A stretch of 64,000 nucleotides of DNA, taken from contig NW_026781986.1 in NCBI RefSeq assembly GCF_031769215.1, positions 496,001-560,000 on the forward strand, read 5' to 3'. A program made the position numbers and the translations under genes. Below, one piece after another: positions 1 to 11,100 of the stretch. The DNA comes from Ylistrum balloti (Eukaryota). Under the pieces are notes generated by a model. It was not told the DNA's origin. It saw only the letters and a list, made by a program, of their open reading frames with translations, and ran no database searches. How positions within the stretch are numbered: the stretch's first letter is position 1; the number at the start of each line of letters is the position of its first letter.

Positions 1-163
1 CTTAAGCTATTTATCTAATACAGCTTGAAAACGCATCAAAACAGTCTTGATAAGTAGCAAAATTTGTGGACAGGAACCAATATTTGTGTGTCATTGGCTT
101 GATTTTATTGCGACCAGACTGATATTCTTCGTCTGTATTGAATATCATTATATGTACACTTAC

Positions 164-3100
164 TTGAATCTTTTTACTGTAATGGTCCTGAATTCAAATA
201 ATTTTTCACAATATTCTCGCAATTCATTTGGATCTGAAGTATAACAATAAAGAAACACATTACTAATATTTCGTTATTTCAATCTACATTGTAATTATTA
301 TCATTAATTTAACATTGTAGTACAAGTAATTGATGAACAGAATTTGAAATATGATTTTGATTCATTTGACTTTTAAATCAGCTATACATAGAAATATTTG
401 AAACTATGTATATGTCACACTTCAGTTTAAAAAAATATGCTGGCACTGGATCTTTCTTCATCTCATCAGTCATTTCAAAATTATCCAAACTTTACATTTA
501 ACAGCTCAAGAGCTTTTCTTGTACCATCGTTTGTATAAGAGCTCAGGAACAAAAACTTTTGTTGATGAGACAAAAAATCTTTGATAAAGCTATTTTAAGG
601 TTTTTTGCAGCCCTCTTTGATATATAAACTGTGTGTTCCTAACCTACAGTATTCTGTTTCTTTCTGTCTTCTGCGTACTCTATCTTGAAAGGTGGGGCTA
701 TCACTGTGTACCTTACCTACAGTATTCTGTTTCTTTCTGTCTTCTGCGTACTCTATTTTGAAAGGTGGGGCTATCACTGTCTACCTTACCTACAGTATTC
801 TGTTTCTGTCTTCTGTGTACTCTATCCTGATAGGTGGGGCTATCACTGTGTACCTTACCTACAGTATTCTGTTTCTTTCTGTCTTCTGCGTACTCTATCT
901 TGAAAGGTTGGGCTATTGATGTGTACCTTACCTACAGTATTCTGTTTCTTTCTGTCTTCTGAGTACTCTATCTTGATAGGTGGGGCTATCACTGTGCACC
1001 TTACCAACAATATTCTGTTTCTTTCTGTCTTCCATGGCTCTCACTGTGTACCTTACCTACAGTTTTCTGTTTCTTTCTGTCTTCTGTGTACTCTATCTTG
1101 AAAGGTGGGGCTATCACTGTCTACCTTACCTACAGTATTCTGTTTCTTTCTGTCTTCTGTGTACTCTATCCTGATAGGTGGGGCTATCACTGTGTACCTT
1201 ACCTACAGTATTCTGTTTCTTTCTGTCTTCTGCGTACTCTATCCTGATAGGTGGGGCTATCACTGCCCCATCTACAGTTGTTACTAATGGTGCCTCTTGT
1301 TCTCCAGTTGATGCTGAACCTGATGTTCGAAGAGAAATGCATAAGCTAATGGTTAATGTCACTTTTTAAATTGTTCTAGTAAAAACAATTAGCTGTTTGT
1401 GATAAGTCTTTAGTCCTCATAACACAACGTGACATTTTTTTCTTTGTCTTGACATTTTGAAAATAAAAGTGTGCTTGAAGAATTATTTTCTACATATTTT
1501 CGATTAGAACATAATAAAGCAGTTAAGGACATAGAATCAGTCAGGCACTTTCTTTGTATCTTCTGGACAGATTATAGTGGTACAAGTGAAATAATAGAGA
1601 GAATGAAAATTACTGAGGTGTAAACTACACACAGTAATACCTGTACCATTTGTTTCACCATTAGGTATTAGCTCTGTTTGTGGTGGTCCTGTTTGTAGTG
1701 GCCGTTCCGGTTGCAGTGACACTAGTTGAGGTGGCTGTCCTGGTTGTAGTGACTCTGATTGAGGAGGCTGTTCTGGTTGCGGTGACTCTGGTTGTGGTGG
1801 TAGTTCTGACTGTGGAGGTTCTGGTGGAGGTAGTGGTGGTAGCTCTGCTTCCACTGATTCTGTGGGTTTATCTGAATTCTCACCATTAAAGACAGTTTTG
1901 TCCTTCTGTTTCTGGAATTGCTGAGTATTGGAATTCTTCTCCTTCTCTAGCTCTTTTCTGTACTGCAGACAAGGAACAGCACTTACCGGAATGTCATGTT
2001 TCTGAAAAAAGATCAAGATTTAAACCTTAATATGAAGAAGCCTCAACAAATTTATACACATCTCATGAAACCAAAGAGAATTAAAAACTCTCAACAAATA
2101 GCAGAATTAGACTAAGAACAAACTACAAAATGACAAAGGGTCATAACTCTGTATATGAATGACATATTTCCAGCAGAAACAATTTCTGCATGTTACAGTC
2201 ATTCTAAGAAGTAATTTATTAAGATAATTGACATGTGTATGTGACAGCTTGTCCACATATTATTCTCTGTCAGTAAGAAGTTGGTAACAGTAAACATATG
2301 ACCTTAACCTAGAAAATGTTTGTAAGACACGGATGACCCACCCTAATTTATACTATTTGATGATAAATCTCTATAAAAAGTTACGATATCATTGAAATCC
2401 TAAAACACAACTACATCCAAAGTATTGTCTACACTTACCTACAAATTTATGTAAAGTTTTACCTAAATCCCTTCTGAAATAGAGTCACTAGTCAATATAG
2501 AGATGAAAACATAGATCTAGGATGACTACATATCCCATCCCGTAAGATGAAAGCAGCGTGAAAATAAAGCAATGACAAATAAAAGATACGAGGTGAAACT
2601 TTCAATGATCAAATGGGAAACTTAGGCTTTAAGCAGATACAGAAAATTAGAAAATAAGATAACCATTTGTTTTTAGCAAAATTTCAGAATGTTTATAAGG
2701 GACATGATGTTTATAAGCCAAATACAGGTAAATGTACATGTAAACTAATGGGAAAGAATATTTCATATGCCCTTGTTATCTTAAACAGCAAAACCGAAGA
2801 GAGCAAGACCTTATGTGACCAGAAAATCCAGGCAAACTTTTAAAGAATATATCATTATTTTTGAAGTCTGAAGTCAACCTGATGTAGCATGTTTTCATCA
2901 AACTGGAAAAAGGTTCAAAAACAAAGTTTGTTTAATAACTTACCTTACATAAATACCTATTGTTCCAAACTGTCAATATCTAAATATCTACAATATTGTT
3001 AAAGAAATGCTTATTCATAAGACAAAGTAATATCTCAACTCCAGTAATAAAGTTAGTTTGACCTCAATCCATTGTACGTTACCCTGACACTGCCTGGTCC

Positions 3101-4837
3101 GAGAAAATAGGGACGAGCTAGTGTGCACACTCGAGATGTTTTGTGGAGGTATACAGGCATGCCGCTGTTGTGGGTGATCACTACCCAGCCCTCAGGCAAC
3201 CACTCAAATGGGTTATTTCCCCTTTCTGGAAAGAGTAAAACATTACTGAACCTGTCATGTACTTATACTTAAATCATAATTACACCAACTTCACATACAG
3301 TTACTACGTCTTTTATACCAAACTTCAGAAATTGAAACATTGAACAGATATATTTTTCTGTATATAAGAGCACAACAAGTATAGAATATCTAGTCTATAC
3401 ACAATACAACAAGACTAGTACTGTTACCAGTTTGATACAGCAGTTATATTTGTTTGAACCAATTTTGCATCTATTAATAACAAATCTCTAGCAATTACAT
3501 ATTATTTCATGTCATATATTATAAACAATTTAGTTTTAAAAAACTGAGAAAAAAAATTAAAAGAGTATGTTTTCGTTTTAGATTTCCAAAAATTTACCTG
3601 TCAGGATAACTTTTTCTTTTTGTATAGGACAGTCTGCTGCAGTACGTCGTTCAAAGCCCTCATCAAGCCAGGCGTAAATTTCACTGTCTTCAAGATCATC
3701 ATCGCTGTAATATTCACCAGCATCGTTATCTCCTTCCACATCCCCCAGGTCATCAATAATCTCAAACTCTTGGGTTCCATCTGCAGGTTCCTTGGACACA
3801 TTCTCAACACTATCAGCACGAAGGAACTTGGCTGGCATTTCTTCTTCAGACTCCTCATCTTCCTTTTCCTCTACTTCAGTATGGGACCGTTTTGTAGATT
3901 TTCGTGTTTCAACTTCCTTCCTGTCAATTTCTTTGTCCTCAAGCACTGTTAAAATCACACTCTGTCAAATCATACTTAATTCAGCTCTTACATAGGATTT
4001 TGGAGTAAAATAGAAGTACAGAAGTGTACACTAGCCGAACGAGGATACAGATTTTTTTAATCAAGAGGATATACTTAAACAATGGCTGTCTAGAATTTTG
4101 TCCATTTCTGTATTGTATTACCTACTGAAGTACATATCTAGCCTAAAATATCAAATCCTTTTTCAGTAAATAATAAATTAATAAGGTGATGAATGATTTG
4201 ATCTTTCAGAGCAAAGGCGATATTTTCTTATACTGAAATCTTAATCAATAAATACTTGTTTTATTTTCCCAGTCAATACAGACACAGTTTAGCCTCTTTA
4301 AAATTAACATATATAATTTCAATTGTGTTCCCAGTCAGCCTTCAGCAACAGTTTACAAAGTAGAATTAAAATACCAGATTTTTAAAAATTCCAGCACAGA
4401 ATTGCTCTATGGAGGTTGATTCAAGCAGTCACTATTACTACGGATGAAACCATTGTTCCATTCTTTACATTACCTGAAGCACTGTCATCCGTCTCATTTA
4501 ACTCTGCCTCTGACACAATTTCACCATCCGACTCAAAATCCTCATCTTGACCGTTACTTGCTATTTCACCATCTGATTCAATGTCCTCTCCTGGGCCGTT
4601 ACTTGGTTCAGATGTTTTTTCTGTCTCTGTTAACTTTTCTAGATTTGGTTCTAATGCAGTTACAGCACCCTTAACACTATCCACTTCTGATTCTATCTCC
4701 CCTTCCTCCAGATCTCCATCCCACACCTCTGACGTCACTTTCCCACCATTATCATAGCCAAAGTCCAACCTGTCAGATATGTGATTGGACGTTTGCGTTG
4801 ACGATGGTGGTATTACAGGATTGAGCTCAGCATCCAT
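164..4837 (-). CDS. DGCR8: Microprocessor complex subunit DGCR8/pasha, 5' portion (6 coding exons; dsRBDs lie off the left edge)
   Basis: Coding exons 4837-4474, 3945-3598, 3225-3083, 2001-1641, 1319-1203 and 233-164, all GT-AG and phase-consistent. The translation contains the WW/RNA-binding heme domain ([60 protein letters not shown], with the heme-ligand PCL motif) and [23 protein letters not shown], both matching DGCR8/Pasha. Confidence 0.96.
636..1266 (-). repeat. ~73-bp minisatellite made from a DGCR8 exon 3' end plus its 5' splice site (about 9 donors)
   Basis: The CCTTACCTAC-type motif (reverse complement of GTAG|GTAAGG) recurs at 638 (variant), 711, 784, 853, 926, 999 (variant), 1051, 1124 and 1197. 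Spacings are 73,73,69,73,73,52,73,73. Confidence 0.95.
4743..4810 (-). ncRNA. pri-miRNA-like hairpin B in the first coding exon of DGCR8 (mir-1306-like)
   Basis: Minus strand CCACCAUCGUCAACGCAAACGUCCAAUC-ACAUAUCUGACA-GGUUGGACUUUGGCUAUGAUAAUGGUGG folds by hand into about 24 bp with a 12-nt loop. The position matches the vertebrate DGCR8 CDS hairpin. Confidence 0.7.
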
Positions 4838-5066
4838 TGGTCCCGAGTCGTACAACCACTATAGTGTGTATGTGTCACATATATAAAATTCTTTAAGTCT
4901 TCTTAATGAATGATCCACACAATGATAGAAACAAGTCAAAACACTTGTGCTGCATGTATTCTGATGTCATTACACATTTTACCAAACAAGAAAATTTTCC
5001 TTGTTTTATTTACACCTATTAAAGGGAGACAATTTCAATGGGTAAATAAATAGTTCTGGTGAAAGA

Positions 5067-5143
5067 TGCACACGGTCGGAGTACAAGCAAAGGTTAAGAT
5101 TTTAGGTAGACACTTCACCTTTACCAGTACACCCCACAATGCA
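5067..5143 (-). ncRNA. pri-miRNA-like hairpin A in the DGCR8 5' leader
   Basis: Minus strand UGCAUUGUGGGGUGUACUGGUAAAGGUGAAG-UGUCUACCUAAAAU-CUUAACCUUUGCUUGUACUCCGACCGUGUGCA gives about 27 pairs over a ~31-nt stem. The loop starts with UGU and CACC (CNNC) follows the 3' arm. The hairpin starts right after a pyrimidine tract and AG acceptor (5145-5144). Confidence 0.72.
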
Positions 5144-5530
5144 CTACAAAGTAAGAAGACTTATCAGAAGATGAGATCACAATACAACAGATTGAATGTT
5201 TTGGATTTACTTTGAAAAGATGAAATATTACAAACAACATGGACACATACTTGCATTTGAAATATGGTTGATCTTCTGCAACTTAAGCAAGATAAAATTT
5301 GATCTAGCTTCAGGGATCAAGATTATATTAGACCTACTATCCCCAAAGCTTCCACATGTAGCCTAGTCACGACAATCAATGATAAAATAAGATGGTATAA
5401 TTCAGACAAAATAGAAAGTGAAAGGTTTGTATAAATGCATTGACCAGATTTAGATAAGACTTTCAACCGCAAAATTATCGCCAGTTGTTTATATACGCAT
5501 GTACAAAGTTCATTGAATCTCGCAGCTCAC

Positions 5531-5659
5531 TGTCAAAGTGATGATAGTCGAGTCGGGCAGAATCGAAAGCAACAAACTGAGTAGGTCTATTCACTGTATT
5601 GAATGATATACCGAGCTATATTACATTAGTGGCTGTAGTCCCTGTTCAGATTTTGAGAC
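5531..5659. promoter_or_regulatory. Putative compact bidirectional promoter with non-coding first exons (DGCR8 and the plus-strand gene)
   Basis: Locally CpG-rich. Minus-strand donor GACA|GTGAGC (exon end 5531) and plus-strand donor GAC|GTAAGT (exon end 5659) point away from each other. Inr-like TCAGTT (minus, ~5580) and TTAGTG (plus, ~5626). Confidence 0.5.
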
Positions 5660-6017
5660 GTAAGTCGGAGATCATTCCAAAACGGAGAAAGCTGATGCGG
5701 TAAACGGGTTGGGCAGACATCACGGACTGCCTAGCACTAACATTGAAGCGCACCGCAAAATACTTGATGAGTTGGGTCTAAAATACGAAATCATCAAGAA
5801 AATGAAAATCCTATAAAGTAGTTTACGTTAAAAAGTGCTTGAATTTATCTAGTGAATTATGCATAAATAAAGTCTAAAGATATATTAAATTACCTGTTGT
5901 TGTATCGATGCAAATTAATGATAAAAATTAAGCTGACATTTAATTATCTTACGTTTCGTTCCGCTTATCAAAGTCACAATTGCAGCGACACCTATTATGT
6001 TTGTCGTACATTTATAA

Positions 6018-6031
6018 GCGCCACCTGGAAG
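6018..6031. promoter_or_regulatory. CTCF-like motif GCGCCACCTGGAAG
   Basis: The first 11 nt match the core CTCF consensus (GCGCC[A/C]CCTGGTGG); the last three positions diverge. It could equally be an E-box (CACCTG). Confidence 0.25.
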
Positions 6032-8173
6032 GGCTGCAGAAAAATTTAAGTAGAGATGAAACATCGCAGACAAATCATTAAAGCCTGAAAAGGTAAATTT
6101 TATGGACAGTGTCTATTCATTAAAGATATAGCTAATGCATATTCTGAAATGGCAAAACTTCGCAATTTTAACAAGTAATGTATCTCAATTCTTTTATGCA
6201 TATAATTGAATTCACAATAAAATGCAAAGTTAAAAGATATGAAAATGAAATATTTATATAGAATCTAACTCTGCATTATCTTTTGTTAATATGTTTAAGC
6301 TGTGCTTTTCTAAAGTTACTGAAAACACCTTTTTGAAAATGGTGATACATAATAAGATCATGTGATTAGGATTTTCACTCTGAAGATGTCTCCTATTTTC
6401 AGGCAAACTTTGAATTTCCTAAAACAAATTATTTTTACCCTCAACATAACGTCTTAAAATCTAAATAAGTACTGAAGAGAAATGCTCCTACATTGGAAGA
6501 AAAGACCCATAAATATGAAATGTTAAATTTTTAAAGTGCATTTTAAAGTAAAATATGTTAGATGTTAAATTAGTTAAAGGTATTCCATGAATGGATGTTT
6601 TATTCTGTTTACCCAAGAATCCTAAGATTTTGAATATTTGCAAGCACTGAACTTTGACAGTTCCAACATTTGGGAAATACTAAAAATGGGGAAAAAATAT
6701 TTAATAATATGAACTATGATGAATCTGTGTAATTCTCGTGTAAACATAGTTCATTATGCATCATAGGACTATGATACTATGAGACATATGGGATTTTAAA
6801 TGAGTTTTCATTTTATATAAGATTTTATGAAAGAATTCTTCAAAGTTTTGATTTTTTGAGCCTTAATTGTTGGTTCACTATTTGTGTCCATGTAATTTTA
6901 GGACTGGTCAGTTAAAAAAATTGCCAACAGGCAGCCATTTTGGATTTTGAAAGTTGAAGTTGAAGTTTGTTATTGCAATTTTTTTATAAGTGCTTGATGT
7001 GTATTTTCACTTTTGTTCCCAAGTTGTGCATATTCACTTCTGTGTATGCTAATAAAAAAGCTGACTAGAGACCATCTTGGATTTTGAAAGTTGAAGTTTG
7101 TTGTCACAATTTCTCAGAAAATTCTTTTAAGGTCTTTTGTTAGATTTCATATGTAGGATTCCCATGAATCAAATGATAGAGGGGAAAATGAGAAAAAAAT
7201 GAGAGAACGGGCCAGTCTTGCAGATAACTAAAAAAAACAATAAATGGGGGCATCAAGATCTCTGTGTGGTCATTTGTCTTGTTATACAATATTCCTGTAT
7301 TTTGTTTTGGTTTTTATAGCATTGACTTTCATATGTCATAAAAACAATTAGATAATACACTTAACCTGTATCTGCATATGTTTCAAAGAGATCATTATTA
7401 ATGTCATTGTCTATAAGGATTCAAACCGAGGACCCCTTGGCTTTACCAGTCTTTTGTTCAACTGATCAAGCTAAAGAAAGGATCTCTATATCCAAATGGT
7501 ATATTGTGGCTAACTGTTTACCTGGGTTACCTATATATGTACTTATTTCCTCACAACCTTTTGATTTCTGTTAATTTCTAGTGTAGTGGTTTATAGAGTA
7601 ATTTCAGATAAAATTGAATGATTTAATGACCTTAAAGTGGACAAAAATTTCTTTCAGTTTTTTCTGACCCTATCAAAATGTCAAAAGTCTGGTGTTGAAG
7701 TAGAGGTAAACAGGGTCATGCATACAACATAACCATGTTTTATTTATGGAGCAACTGTGATAGCCTCTATGGTTTCACTACATATTACTTATTTCAGATA
7801 ACAACAGGGAGATGGAGAACAGACTAAATGGTCATTTCATCCCAGCTATGAATCCTTCATATTGATTAGTCAGGCTTCCCTAATAGTGATTTGCCATCCA
7901 ACCACAGCTTTCCTTTCATACTACAAATCCTACATTTTGATTGGCCATTGCTTCCCTGATAAGTGATTGGCCATCCAACCACAGCTTCCCTTTTATATGC
8001 TTTGGTAAAACCAGGCATCAGGAAAAGTAAGGTGTCCAGCAAATATACTAACATTAGAAACTGTTCCCCTATGAAACAGTTGATGCTTATTCTGGAACTG
8101 TTACAGTAAGAATATCAAGAAATTAAAACCCAAAATGAGGGCTCAATAGATCTGAAAATAAGTGACAAATGTG

Positions 8174-11100
8174 ATGGAAGGAGGACAAGAATCATGGTCC
8201 AGAGACCAGCCCTATCTTCATGGCAAAGACTCTCACTCACAAAATAAGACACAGTCAGAACATACCAGGTGTTATGAAAATGTGACTGTATTAGAGAAAA
8301 CCTATTGTACTAAAAATAAGACTTTACTGGGACAGGTGAAATGTACTCCAGCAAAGCAAATGAAATGTTCCAGAAAGGTCACTCATGCCTTGAAGTTGAT
8401 GCCAGCCAAGCTTATTGAGAAAAAGTGTAGAAATCAAACTGTAACACCAACAAGGCAAGTTAAATGTTCAGAAATTATCAATCGAGCATTGCAAGCAAAA
8501 TGTACCAGAGATGAAATATTAAGGAAATTGTCAGTCAAGTGTAACGGGACTGTGAAACCGATGCAGAAAGTGGAATGTACTACACCAGCAACAAGCAAAG
8601 TCAACAGTAGCAGAACTGTTACTCTAATGAGGCGAGTCCCAGGAACTCAAGCTGTGACTAAAACTAGCGAAGTCAAAGATTCCAAAAGTAAGGCTAAAGT
8701 TTTTCTGGTTCCTCAAACTCAAATAATGACTAAAATTAGCAAAGTCAATGATTCTGAAAATAAGGCTAAAGTTTGTCTGGTTGCTGGAACTCAAGCTGTG
8801 ACTCAAACTGGAAAAGTCAATGGCACCAAAAGTAAGACTGAAAAAAGTCAGGTCTCTGAAACTAAAAATGTGACTAAAATTGGTGAAGTCAGTGATACAC
8901 AAAACAAGACTAGAGTAAACATGGTCCCTGGAGCTCAAACTGGGGAAATTCCTGGTACCAAAAATGTGACTAATTTTAAAGTTATGCTTGTCCCTGTCAT
9001 TCCTCAAAGTGTGACTAAAGCTGGTAAAGTCAATGCAACTGAAAATGCATGTAAAGCTGGCTTGGCTCCAAAAACTCAAACTGATTATAAAACTGACAAA
9101 GTTGAATGTACTGAAGATAAGATTAAAGTTAGCCCTGTCAGTGGTACTCAAGAGTTTACAAAAGCTAGTCAAATCAATGTTTCTCCGATTGAAAATAATT
9201 TTAAGAAAGTCAATGATTCTCAAAATGTTACTCGATTGGAACAAGCAACGCTAGTGCATCCCCACAGTTATGTCAAAGCTGATAACAGTACAGCACCAGT
9301 TTCAAGGACAATCACTGGTATACCAGAAAACCTGTTGGAACAAGTTACTCCGAGTGTAGCGAGGACAATCAGGCTAGCATCCCAATCCATCAAAATTCCA
9401 TCAAAGAGTCGAATGATATTGCTAAATTCTCCTGTCCAGTTGAACACAGATGCTTTGGTGAAGGCTAGTCTGAATGCAGTAAAGCTATCAGAAGGGGCTC
9501 AAAGATTAACCGGACATCAGGTAATGCTACAGGTACTAGTACCTGGTATAACCCTAGAGACTTTCCAGTCCATATTTCCATTTTCTTCCAATTTTACATG
9601 GAATGGCCCCATTTAATTCCTATACTGACTAAAATTTGATGAAAATGATCTTTTGCTTTCAGCTCCCAGGATTTTTGATGTTAGTAATTAATGGCCACAG
9701 TTTAGGTCAAATTGGGAAACTGCAATAGAATGTACATGCATGCAACACCTGTAGTAATACTTTGGTTAGATGGATTACAAAATATTTGTCAGCATTTGTA
9801 AAATTTAAATAATTGTTGGTTGTAACTTCCCTCCATACTGGACCAGAAAGTAGACCAAAAATTTCTGTCTCTGAGAGGATATCTTAATGTCAACATTCCC
9901 ATTTATTATGCTGTTATTGATATTTAAAATTTAATTGGCTATGCTCATTTTAGACTTTATGTAATATTTATTGATAAACAGAGCTGATGTGTTTGAGTTA
10001 TTTATATCATGTTTTATATACTTCCATGGAAAAAATATGTCCCATTTTGCTTTAAGCTTATGGTAAAACTTTATTAATTACAATTCTTTGGGAAATTAAC
10101 TGTTATATTTATCATTTAATTTCTCTTAACAGGAGGCCCCAGTGTATAATGTTAATATCCAGGAACCAAAACATGCTGTAGAGAAAACTAAAGATAATGT
10201 CATGGACAAGACAAACGCCGAAGTACTAAAACTGAAGGAGCATACATCTACTGTAGGACTTTCAGAAAAAAATGCCCACCACAGTGATTTGTTGCCTTCT
10301 AAGTCATTGAACTCGACACTTCTTGATTCATCATCAAAATTACAGGTCTCTGGTGTGTCGCCATCAATCCTACAAGTAGACTCAGGATCATCGTACAGCT
10401 CATCACCATCAAAACATCCAACCTCTTCCTCTACTCATTTACACTATTTAGGCCAGACGCCATCCAATTTTCATGAAAAGATCCTATCACCATTTGACTC
10501 GTCACTGTCCAAGACATATACACAGGCAATCCCACAATTTGACTCAAAGTCAGCAAAGCCACAAAATTCTGACTTGTCACAATCTAAGTGTCATGAAATT
10601 AGCTTATTAAAATCAGAGTCACCATGCATTAGTTCAGTTTCAACACTTACACCACAGACGGTAGAATCAAATCCTTGTAATACACTGTGCGAAAAATCTA
10701 CGTATTCATCAAATCTTAATGAATCTAAGCCTCTGACAGGTGTAGTTTCAAGAATCTTGCCAAAATCAGCGTTTACCTCAATGAACTCTTCAATCACAGC
10801 AATTGCAAGTGATATCACAAACAACCCATCGGAAAAAGATAGAAGCATGTGCACAAGTGACAGCTTGGAAACTCAAAAGAATGGGAGTCGGCATGGAAAA
10901 CATATGGTCACAAGGAGTCAGGCAAAAGATATTGAATCTATGCACTCTAAAGAGTGTCCAAGTAAGAGGACAAGGAATGGTTTGAACAAAGACAGGAGTT
11001 CAAATTCAAGGACTCCAGGGAAGCAGGAAAAAACTAGTATTAGTGTTGCAGAAAATCATATATCAGATTTGCCAGCCAGCAGACCAACAGAATCAGGAAA

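Noticed and set aside
595-1369. Several overlapping short ORFs (595-777, 685-903, 692-919, 916-1101, 980-1174, 1105-1287, 1178-1369)
   Set aside because: They are by-products of the 73-bp tandem repeat; only 1319-1203 (minus) is a real DGCR8 exon.
1680-4674. Plus-strand ORFs 1680-1889, 3620-3952 and 4444-4674
   Set aside because: They are antisense shadows of acidic or proline-rich DGCR8 exons.
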